From positions 33,976,001-34,040,000 of the forward strand of contig OX597830.1 of the NCBI GenBank assembly GCA_951406725.2: a DNA stretch of 64,000 nt, read 5' to 3'. Below, one piece after another: positions 52,570-64,000 of the stretch (the first letter of the stretch is position 1; every line of letters starts with the position of its first letter). Under the pieces are notes generated by a model that saw only the letters and a list, made by a program, of their open reading frames with translations, did not search any database and had not been told where the DNA came from. This stretch comes from Octopus vulgaris. Taxonomy: Eukaryota. The translations under genes and the position numbers were made by a program.

Positions 52570-53330
52570 GTGAACATATATCAGAAAAGAAGTACACTCA
52601 GAAGAATAGAGCAGTAACTATTAAAACAAAAATTTAAATTCTGGTCATAGAGCTACCAAAGGTTTCATATCCATGAAAGCCAAAGCCCTGTGGACAGCTT
52701 GTCAGACTCTATGCAAAGACAAAAAAAAAGTCAAACCTTCTACCATGTGGACGCGAGGAAATGCTCAGATATCGAGATTTAAGGCCTAATGTATAAAAAT
52801 TTTAATGAGGACGGATTGTCTCCCTTGGACCAGAGACTAAAACAACCCTTTCAGACCTGAAAAAGCCCAACCAGCAAATGGGAAGATCGAATTATCCAGT
52901 AGGTAGTGCTTGAAGTGGACACATTTAGAGAAACTTATTTATGACTATTTAATGTGCTAGGTTTAGTATAGTCCTTAACAATTTGGGTTCTCTCTGAATT
53001 GCAGATTTTGCAACGGCCACTCTCATTAGTATATGGGCCTGGATGATCTATTATTTTCCACCTGGTATCATATAGGGTCCCTTGATCTTTGAGGAACCAC
53101 AGATGGTGGGCCAGGGATATGACAAACCGTCTTTTGGGGACTCTGAAGAATGACTGGTGGTTGCAGAAGTGACATTTGAAAGATGTGCTGGCAAATCCGA
53201 TATATTTACAAACTTGGGATGTGGCTATATTTGCATTTCTGGTATATCTCTGATAGGCTCTGGGCCTGGGAATGCTGTTGGTAACATTGTTGCTGATACT
53301 GTTGATATGGCACAATGATCCAGCAGTGTT
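52570..53330 (-). mobile_element. Penelope-like retroelement relic (Neptune-type GIY-YIG)
   Basis: ORF 52935-53315: KYIGFASTSFK..NHQSF..LAHHLWFLK..WKII..PY..CKIC..E..LN. Confidence 0.8.
52646..52713 (-). ncRNA. Degenerate type I hammerhead ribozyme motif downstream of a Penelope GIY-YIG relic
   Basis: cauagagu CUGACAA gcugucca...uggauau GAAA cc uuu gg UA^gcucuaug; 8-bp stem I; G8>A fits CpG decay. Confidence 0.65.
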
Positions 53331-54535
53331 ATCACCATGGTTATCGTTTCTGGTGATATGGTTGATGATGCAGCTGCTAGCATTAGTGTAGGTGTAGCTG
53401 ATGGTAACATTGGCATTGGGCCAGTCATCCCATTGACATCAATGACAATTGTTTGCTCCTTTAACCTGAGATACATGAGATACATCTCTCCTTTAACCTG
53501 AGATACATCTCCACACATCTTCATCCTCATGCCTCTTTCACTCTCTTTCTCCCTTGCTCGCTTTCCAACTAGGCTTCTTGGATAGCAATGCATCTTCTCT
53601 ACAGCAAAGCATCCGTTTCTGTCCTGTCATACTCTAACTTCTCCTCACCTAGCACAAATTCATCTCACTCATTCTAACTCCATCTACATTTGAAAGGTTT
53701 TTGTCTCGTAAGTTACTTGGTCACCCCCACTGATGCTGGTGCCACACACAAAAAAAGCACCTAGTACACTCTGTAAAGTGGTTGGCATTAGGAAGGCCAA
53801 CCTACCATAGAAACCATACGAAATCAAATAGTACAGCCTGGCCCAGCCCTCTGGTTTGCCAGCTTCTATCAAACTGTCCAACCCAAGCCAGCGTGTAAAG
53901 CAGACATTAAAATGATGATGATGATGACAACAGTGATGTTGATGATGGTGATGATGATGATGACGGTGATGATGATGATTTATTAATATATTTATATTGT
54001 TGTTGATTACATCCTTATGCTTGATACAAATCACTCTAAAGTGATCTTTTTTGTTTGTTGTTTTCTTTCATATTTCTCATGTGTGCTGTCCTCAACATTA
54101 AGTTCCCTTGTGGTTCAAAAAGGAAATAATTATTGATAATATTATCAACAGCATCTTAATCATGATAATAATGATGATGATTATGGCCATCATCATCATA
54201 GACATGTTGTTTTATTAAAATATACATATATATCATATATAAAACACACACAAATATATATTATATATGTATAAAATACATTTATATAATATATACATAC
54301 ATACTTATGATATATATATATATATATATATATACCAACTTCAAAGTAAGTCTTGCTATTAAAATTGCTAAAAATGAATTATACATTCTTTTTTATTAAG
54401 AATCACTTGCTCACACAGGCACACACACCCACACACACACATGGATATATAGGCAAGTATTGTTCTTGTTGGCTCTGTTGCAAATAATACACACACATGC
54501 ACACACATACATACACACAAACACACACATACATA

Positions 54536-54568
<33 letters not shown>

Positions 54569-55629
54569 TCTAATTTATTTTTCTTGATAAATTTTATTGT
54601 CCATTTCTATTTCATGTTTCTTAAATTTAACATTTGCTAAAAATAAAACACCAACATCAATAATAAAACAATAGAAAGTAAAAAAAAAATTGTAATTAAT
54701 ACAGAAATACATAAATACACACACGCACACACACACACATACAAATTGCGTCATAAATTACTATAAAAAAGGACGAAAGGGAAGAAATATAAAAATATAA
54801 TGAAAAAATATTTTAAAAATAACAAATAAAATAAAAAAGGAAAAAAAAAACACAGCTACAACGAAACAATGTTTATTGCCTGGAATATATATATATTTTT
54901 AAAAAAACCTTAAAGTTTATGTGGGAGGAGAAGATGCAGATGATGATGATGATGACTATGATGTTGATGGAAATAATGATATTAGTGGGGTGTAGAGAGG
55001 AGTGTGGGAGAATTACCAATATCTTGCTGCAGATTAATGTTTATAATTGCCAAGTTTTATAATTAATTTATCAGTTCCCCCCTTTTTACCTTTCTTTCTT
55101 TATTTCGTTCTTTCTTTCTTTCTTTTTGTCTTTCCTCTTCGGTGAGCACTACCTTCACTCAACAACATTTTTTTGCCTTTGGGGTATTTCTCACCAAGCT
55201 TGTGAAATAATTCTTTCTCTCTGTCTGTCTTTCTCTCTCTCCCTCCCTCTTTCTCTCTCTCTCTCATACATCCGTCACCCTCACAACTTCCCAAACATCC
55301 ATTACAAATTTTCTTTCTTTCTTTTTTTCTTTCTCTATTTCTTTATTTGTTTAGGCTCTTACTCTCTCCATTTTCTCCCTCTTTCTCTCAGCATTATTCC
55401 TTATAATTTCTCATTAATATTTGTCCATCTGTGTGTTAAACACAATGTACACACACACATCTTGATCGTTGTCATTCACACAAGGATATGCTCTGCCTCC
55501 TATATATGTATATAATGGCAGATATGGTTGTGCTTCTAAACCACATGGTTTTAAGTTCAGTCCTACTTCACAGCAGTACCTGCAAGGGGCTAATATTTAT
55601 ACTCATAAATCTATCAAGGTTTGTCCATT

Positions 55630-55735
55630 ACGGAGCAACAGGACCTCCATAATGCCATGATGGACCGTGAAGTCTGGCGTAGCATGGTAAATTCCATTGT
55701 CTCGACCACAGTCGAACAATGATGATGATGATGGA
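55630..55735 (+). mobile_element. RTE-type LINE extreme 3' end
   Basis: AMMDREVWRSMVNSIVSTTVEQ* followed by (GAT)n. Confidence 0.6.
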
Positions 55736-57376
55736 TTTACTGGACAGACATTGAAAGTAGCCCCATAATGCCTCAATAACATTTTAATTATATTTCTACA
55801 TTGTCACTTTTAAACTTAGTACTTTCATGAAAAATATTATTGATAACTTTATTATCCTTTCTAATTATCCTTTCTACTGAAGGCACAAGGCCTCGGAATT
55901 TTTTGTTGGGTGGAAGGGACTAGTCAATTAGATCGACCCCAGTGTTTCACTGTTACTTAATTTATCGACCCCGAAATGATGAAAGGCAAAGTTGACCTTA
56001 GTGGAAATCGATCTTGGACTGTAGCAGCAGACAAAATACTGCTAATCATGTCACCCAGTATGCTAATGATTCTGACAGCTTATATGCAGCTAATTATCAA
56101 TTCCAAGTACGTAGTTAGCATCATTCAGGACAGAATTAACATCACAATATCTTGTTCCTTATTAATGTACTGGTTATTGCAGGTAGCAAGCTGGCAGAAT
56201 CATTAACATGCCTGACAAAATGCTTCATAGCATTTTGTCTGTCCTTGCATTCAGAGTTCAAATTTTGCCAAGGTCGACATTACCTTTTATCCTTTTGAGG
56301 TCAATAAAAGACATGCCAGTTGAGCATGTGGGGCAATGTAATTGCCTTGCTCTTTCTCAAACTTGCTGACCTTGTTTACAAAAATTGAAACCATCATATT
56401 GGTTTTTGAGTCTCAGTAAACAAGAAAGTGGTTAAATTGCTGCCATGTGCAATGGATGCAATGGAATCTATGCAGTGGTATGAAAATATGTCCACTGCTG
56501 CAAATGGTTTCAAATTGTGCACTCAGTTGATCTTGCCTTAAATTTTGCTTAGTTGATCAACTAAGGAATAGTCATCTACTGGAGTGTTAATTGACTACTG
56601 GAGTCATCTACTGGATGTGTTAATTGACTATAACCTTATTACTACAAATTTATGTTCTAATACCAAATTAAGGTATTAATATAATGTTAGTCATCTTCAT
56701 AATTAATTTTGTTGTTATAATCATTTAATTAATATTACTGTAAGTCCTGACTTTCACAATATATTAACACCTGCAGATCTTATATTATCCTAATAAAACT
56801 TACAGTAATTTCATTGCAATTATTTCCTTTTCTATTTAGATAAATATGTAACAAGGAAAGAAACTAATAAAAATTTAAAAAATACTAAAACAGTATCAGA
56901 AAAATATTGTAACAGCAAAACATAAATAGCACTTACGAACGAACACACACACATATCAAGAGTTATTCACAGTATACACACACACATATATATATATGCA
57001 TATATAATTGTTGATGTGTGTGTTTGTGCATGTGTTTATATATATATACGTATATGTGTGTATATGCATATATATAATCTCTGAATGAGATATAGACAGT
57101 AGCAATATGGAATCATCATCATCATCATCACTTAACGTCCGTTTTCTATGCTAGCATGGGTTGGACGGTTCGTCTGGGATTTGGGAAGCCAGGAGGATGC
57201 ACCAGGTTCCAGTCTGATCTGACAGTCTTTCGACAGCTAGATGCCCTTCCTAACACCAACCACTCTGTGTGTGTAGTGTGTATTTTTTATGTGCCACCGA
57301 CACAGGGGTGATAGGAGGCTGGCAATGGCCACAATTAGTTGGTGCTATTTACGTGCCACTGGCACAGAAGCCAGTT

Positions 57377-57706
57377 GCTAACCAAGTGTGGTGTCCTATA
57401 CGAGACAGTGCTAGTGATGTTTATAGCCCCAGAAAGACATCTCTTCCAGCTGGCTAAGGACACACATTCTGTGTCCGATTAGTATTTGCAAGGGGAGGTC
57501 ATCACTCCCATCTCTAGCCTTACATGATACACATGGACTCGAGTTTCTGTGTGTATCACATAAGGCTAGAGATGGAAGTGATGATCTCCCTTTGCAAATA
57601 CTAATCAGACACAGAATGTGTGTCGTTAGCCAGCTGGAAGAGATGTCTTCTTGGGGCTATAAACATCAGTAGCACTGTCCCATATAGAATGCCACACTTG
57701 GCTGGC
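57377..57706. mobile_element. Fold-back / MITE-like palindrome (~165-bp arms centred on CTCGAG at 57538-57543)
   Basis: Arms are reverse complements over their whole length; AGTT flanks both ends (possible short TSD). Confidence 0.85.
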
Positions 57707-57844
57707 AGTTATATGATATATATATGTATATGCCCTTATATACACACATAAATATAAAGCAATAATGTTGTATGTAATATATATATATATGTGTTTATGA
57801 TTACACATGAATATATATTTATACATACATATATATATATATAT

Positions 57845-58196
57845 TCTTTTACTTGTTTCAGTCATGAGCAAATCGACCCCAGGACTTATTCTTTGTAAGC
57901 CTAGTACTTATTCTATCAGTCTCTCTTGCCGAACCGCTAAGTTACTGGGACATAAACACACCAGTATCGGTTGTCAAGCGATGTTGGGGGAACAAACATA
58001 GACACATAAACTTATACACACACATACATATATATGATGGGCTTCTTTCAGTTTCTGTCTACCAAATCCACTCACTAGGCTTTGATTGGGCTGAGGCTAT
58101 AGTAGAAGACACTTCCCCAAGGTGCCATGCAGTGGGACTGAACTCGGAACCATGTGGTTGGTAAGCAAGCTACTTACCACACAGCCACTCCTGCAC

Positions 58197-58198
<2 letters not shown>
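57845..58198 (-). mobile_element. SINE, dominant family
   Basis: Reverse-complement match to 2110-2505. Confidence 0.85.
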
Positions 58199-58230
<32 letters not shown>

Positions 58231-59092
58231 TTAAAATATATGTCTGTCATCTACCTACCTCCTTCAACTCATGCATCATTTGTCATATTCCACTGTTATC
58301 TAGCGTTCATTACATCCACTCTTCAACTGGACTTCCTCTTACCATTCCACATCTCTCTCTCACCAATACACTCTTACAACCTCCACCCATCCTCACTCCT
58401 GGTTTCTTTGACCTCCCATTCCCTTCTCCCCAGCTCATACATTCATGGTCCACCCAAACATTGGCATCGATATTATTTTTATAATTTTTATAATTTTTAT
58501 AATTTTTTTTTATCATGGTTGGCTGGCCGAATTGTTAGCACACCAGACAAAATGCTTAGCAGGATTTTATCGGTCTCTATGTTGTGAGTTCAAATTCTGT
58601 TGAGGTCAAGTTTACCTCTCATCCTTTCAGAGTTGATAAAATACCGGTCAAACACTGGGGTTCATGTAGCTTATTAGCCCCTACCAAAAAATTTCAGGGA
58701 ATGTTCTTATAGCAGAAAGAATTACTCATACTCACAAGCTCATACATATATTTAGGTATTATTTATCACAAATATAAAATGAAGAAACCACAGAAAAAAA
58801 TATTTACTATTTTCTATTAAAGCAATTTCAAAAAAAAAAAAATTTTAATGTTCCATAGAAACTGTCACTCACTGATCAGTAATGAATAATACTGACATTG
58901 AGATAAAAAATAAATCTTATACAAAGTGTGTATTGGAGTATAATTCACCCTTTAGCTCTTACTGTAGTTAGTACAATATCTTGATATTTTTTCCACTTGC
59001 TTAATTAACCTTATCATCCTCTGCATATATACTATCATATATACTGCAAAATTTTAACAAAAATGTTATCCAGTTATTGTACTTCACTGAAC

Positions 59093-59710
59093 CTAATTTT
59101 GAATAACTCTTAGCCTCCTCCAGATTTGAGGTGGTTTCATGGCAAAGAATTCAGCAAGGTATCTTTTTACATCATCCAAGGAATTGAAATTTTTACAATT
59201 TAGACTGTTCTGCAGAGACCTGAATAAGTGGAAATCTGAAGGAGCAATATCTGGTGAATATGGAGGGTGGGGTAACACATCCCAGCCGAGCTGCAGCAAT
59301 TTTTTTCTGCTTCCCAAAGAAACGTGCAGTCTTGCATTATCATGTTGGAAAGCAACACCCTTCCTGTTGGCCAATTCTGGATGTTTCTCTTGAATTTCTG
59401 TTTTTAACTCATCCAGTTGTGTGCAGTATTTCTCAGAATTAATTGTCTGGTTACTTTGGAGTAGCTCATAGTACAGAATTCCTTTCCAATCCCACCAGAC
59501 TTTTTTAGGGTGAAGACCCGCTTTTGGGGTGGCTAAGGGTGGCTCATGTCGCTTACTCCAGGAACATAAACCTTCTTCCATGAAAAGATAGCTTAAACTG
59601 GGCTCTAAATGGAAGTGTAATCAAATCTTATTTTATGGACTCAACCAGGTTCTAAAATAAGTCGAAAGGTAACCTACTATAAATCAGCACGAACTTTCTG
59701 GACAACCCGA
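59093..59710 (-). mobile_element. Internally deleted mariner element (catalytic-domain remnant + one TIR)
   Basis: FQHDNARLH and HPPYSPDIAPSDFHLF in ORF 59093-59581; TA|TCGGGTTGTCCAGAAAGTTCGTG TIR-like end at 59710. Confidence 0.85.
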
Positions 59711-60915
59711 TACTTTACTCTCTGACTGTACACTATAGCTTGAGTGTTTTTGCACTTCATTTAAGTACCTATTTCTTTGAGAATCACACTATAAGTTTTA
59801 TATATTTTTCATTTTAACCACCTTTAATTAATCATTTGTAACTTTAGTTTAGTTATTATTCCTTTACTAATCTTTGTTTTGTGCAGAGACATAATTCATC
59901 TTATTTTAATAACAATGCTAACTCAGGTCATAGTTAATTCACACCGAACTGTAAGTTAATAAAAATTGTTATATAACAATACAAATATATATGCACATAT
60001 ATGCATGTATGCATAGGTGTGTGTATAAATATATAGATATTTATTTATTACATAGGGAATGGCTTTTGTTTTTAAAATTGTCTTAATGAAAACACGATTG
60101 TTTTTCAATCTTATATATTTTTAATTAATTTTTTTGTTTTGTATTTTCATATTAAATCTTTATATATTTACTTTGCTTTTTGTTTAAAATAAAGTTTCTA
60201 GATTCATTTATCTATCGATGTCTTTCTTGCATAATTGAATTATTAGTAGCAGTATTTATGATCATTTTAAGTGGAGAATATTTTGGGAATAATGCTGCTA
60301 TAATAATGATTTGAAATTCTTCTTTATTATTAATAACGTTTTTTTTACTAATCTGGAACTGGTTTTTGTTACTTACAACATTGTATACTATTTTGCATTG
60401 CATATCGGTGTTGTTATAGCTGCCATTGCCCTTTTTCTAGGTTTTATTTTCTTTATAGCTTTTTCTTATATCTTATAATATACTGAAATTGCAGTTGTGG
60501 TTGCAAAGACAGCTACAAATGATCAAGTGTTGTACTAGTATGTCTAGAATAACAATTAGTCATAAAGTTTTTAACTTTCATGTTATATTATAACATTTAA
60601 TGGCTTCTATATTTTTATTCTTCTTCAAGTTCCACTCAGAAATGTACGTCAGGGTGGAGAGAGACGTGGATTCCGCCAATGAGTTTTTCAAAATACGGGT
60701 GGCTGTGGTGAAAATGATTAGATGGATAGAACAACTCTAAGCATGTGCCCACACATTGGAAAAGAACAGTTTAGTGAAAGCTTGTGGCCTTCATGGCTAG
60801 GGTGATCATGAACCTTTTGGGTTTCAGGCCTTAATTGGTATCTCTCCTGAATCAGAAGGACTGCGTTTTTCATGAGTTCACATAGATTTTATACTAAGTA
60901 TTCTTTTATATCTCA

Positions 60916-61311
60916 CAAGCAGTATCGCCCGGCGTTGCTCGGGTTTGTAAGGGAAATAACTATATAAGCATTTTTAGAGATGTAAAGTATAATAGCCATC
61001 TCAATATGGCTAACCACAAAGGGGGGTGTTACTGTAGCTTTTTACGTTCTGAGATTTAATAATACATTTTTAGAGAGTTACTTCCCTTATATAATAGCAA
61101 AAAATGCATTAAAAATGGGAAAAAATTATGGTAATTTTTTTTTAAATTGTAGACTCATCATAGACGCGCACTAATACCCAGAAGGGCTCGATATGAATCA
61201 TGACTATAAGATACCCACTTTTGGTTAAACTGCATTGCAAAATGTGGGAGTAGTTAGGAATCTAAATCGTAGGAGACAGACAGCACACAACCTCACTTTT
61301 ATATATATAGA
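60916..61311 (-). mobile_element. Non-autonomous Helitron
   Basis: Minus strand starts A|TCTATATATATAAAA, has a subterminal hairpin CCCGAGCAACGCCGGG (60928-60943), and ends CTTG|T (CTAG variant). Inserted in A^T without a TSD. Confidence 0.75.
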
Positions 61312-61530
61312 TTTCCAACCCTTAATTTGATTGTCTGTTGCAGTGACAAAGGCTGAATAATATATTTAGTGTTCCCAAAGCTTTAAAATGAACAAATTTC
61401 AGAAAAATTTATTTTAGCTTGGGTTTTTTGTTTCTGAAAAATATTACAAAGATGTTTGTCTACACAAACTTTGACCAGCCTATGTATAAAACAGTAGCCT
61501 ATACCATGAACAATACATACATTCATTTTA

Positions 61531-61579
<49 letters not shown>

Positions 61580-62017
61580 ATAATCATAAGGATATAGAAT
61601 AATTTTGCTGAAGTCAACACAAAATATATCACAGATGAAAATATGTAGCCAAATTTCAGAATCTAAATTCTTTGTAAGATTTGTTAAAAAAATCTTATCA
61701 TCTAGGAGACAGAAAAGTGCTTTTTTTTTTTCAATATAGAAAAAATATAAAACAAATCGAAAAACAAGCATATGTAAAATATTATCCTCTTATCGTTTCA
61801 TTCTTCCACAAGTATCATTGTATATTTGGTTGTGCCACTACATATGTTGTAATGGTTTCTTAATTTCATCACAGTAAAAAGACACTGGAATTAAATGGAA
61901 TATATACAAAACATAACACTAAAAGCAGAAGAAAACATTGATAATACTGCCAGTACAGAAATAATTGTAATAATGATAATGAAAAATAATGATAATTATG
62001 ATGATATTAACGAAAAA

Positions 62018-62052
<35 letters not shown>

Positions 62053-62263
62053 AAATATGTATCAAAATAATGACAATAAGAATAAAAATAATGAAAATAA
62101 TAATATGAATTTTGAATGAAAATTGTTGGAAGAGAAGATTAAAATTTTCTTTCTTTTTTTTTTCTCTCACTGTCCAAATAATTTTCTCTTGGATATTATC
62201 GATGTTCTTACAGCATTTTAATAATGTAATATTTTTCGAACATGGCAAGGTGTTGGATGATTG

Positions 62264-62304
<41 letters not shown>

Positions 62305-63092
62305 TATATATATACACATATAAATATATATACAGACACACATATATATATAAATATATATATAATATATACATACATAAAATATATATGTATATATATA
62401 AATAAATATACATATATAAATATATGTGTGTGTGTGTATATATATATATGTATGTATACATATGTGTGTGTGTATGTGTTTGTGTATGCCTCTGTGAATA
62501 TACATCATAGAGATATACATACAAACCTTGTGTATACAGAGTGTGAAATGGCTTCAAATAATTGTGCACTAATTTTGTTGGTGGGGGGTGCTTTATTTAT
62601 TAGGATTTTTTAATGAAATCCTTTAATATATTCCAGCTTGCTTATTGCATTCTGTTTCAAAATAATATTTTTTTTTGTTCTAAACACTGCCAAGCTGTGC
62701 CTATCTATCCCACCTCATCCATTCCCAGTTCTCACAGCATGGGAACCTCACCACAACAATCACTAGCACCAACACTTTCCCCCCATCATGACCACAAATT
62801 CTTCTCTCAATCTTGTATCTATTATCTTACTGACGCCTTTGCCATTAAATATTTTCTTGCATTTTCTCCTCCCTCTTAGTTCTCTCTTTCTCTTTCAAAC
62901 TCCTCCTCCTCTCCCCTTTATAATTTACTCCCCCTTCTGGCATACCATGTAATATTTCTTGTTTCTAGACAAATTCTTAATCTTTCCTTCTCCTCCAACA
63001 AACCCAACATTTGCTTGTGCATCTATGTTGCTGTCCATCTCTTCATTTCCTTTTCTCTTGCTATCTTTTTCCTTCTGCCTCTCTCTATACAT

Positions 63093-63154
<62 letters not shown>

Positions 63155-64000
63155 ATGTATATGGGAGGTGGTATTTGTATATGTCAATACATATCTTTGT
63201 GTTTAAATATATGTATGCATATATGTATGTATGTACATATATACACACACGGATATCTATATATGAATAAATATATATTTGTGTTGTACTGCATATCATA
63301 CCATCTTTGGAAAGTGCATTCAAACATTTTCAACTTTTAGTAAATGGTACCATATCAGAGATCACCTAAGAGCCTTAGAATGGTGAGTCTAGCCAATTCT
63401 GAGAGAAGAGAGAGAAGGAGTGAGAGAAAGAGGGGGATAGAGAGAGTAAGTTGTGGATGGAATCAGCACAGAGCATGATTTGTACTTTAATGATGATGGA
63501 ACCATCAAAGGCACTATTGACCTTGCTGGGATTTGAACTCAAGAAGCAAAGAACCAATTTTAAAGCAGTCTTTTCTAACAAGTAAATGTTTACATCGAGT
63601 ACTGCACATTTCTCTGCAAATCCTCATATAAACATTAGCTTTTGCACGAATGATTATTATATATCAGCTCGTCCAACAGCCTTTCCATATTAAAAATCAT
63701 ACTAAATTTAAGAAGGAAAAAAGAACAATTTCCCATTAACTCATCAGAGAATCTACTTCAGCATTGATTTCACTTTGCTTCTCAATGTCACTTATTGTTC
63801 CCAATTAGACATTGCAATTTTTAATACATTTGCAGAATGGTTGAGTTTCTCTGCTGCATCGAACTTTCTAAAGCATCAAGCTTAGCATCCTAAATAATAT
63901 CTTTATAAAACTTTTCAAACGACTGCATTCACTTCTATATTGGCATCATTACTTTGGATGCAAGAAAGCTGTCATGGTATAGTATTACTGTATTTGTATC

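Noticed and set aside
63722-63752. Minus-strand CTGATGAG...GAAA
   Set aside because: No stem II or stem I complementarity.

Overview
This is AT-rich, microsatellite- and transposon-dense eukaryotic DNA. The SINE/LINE repertoire and the very high (TA)n/(CA)n/(AAT)n density suggest a coleoid cephalopod, probably Octopus (inference). Only one host coding region is convincing: a ~4.1-kb exon (acceptor at 35380|35381, ATG 35447, donor at 39473|39474). It encodes ~21 tandem 44-aa (132-bp) repeats fused to a C-terminal CYTH/thiamine-triphosphatase (THTPA)-like domain. That domain has lost the EXEXK glutamates and other metal ligands but keeps the basic phosphate-binding residues, so it is a candidate pseudo-enzyme on a long repeat stalk. 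The rest is mostly decayed mobile DNA: Penelope-like (GIY-YIG) relics with several type I hammerhead-ribozyme motifs, RTE, CR1, Tx1/L1 and R4/Dong LINE fragments, two mariner relics, piggyBac-type MITEs, a non-autonomous Helitron and many tRNA-derived SINEs. There are also four long fold-back hairpins and a 2.3-kb 33-bp minisatellite that appears to derive from a SINE segment. Most ORFs in the supplied track are microsatellite or repeat artefacts.
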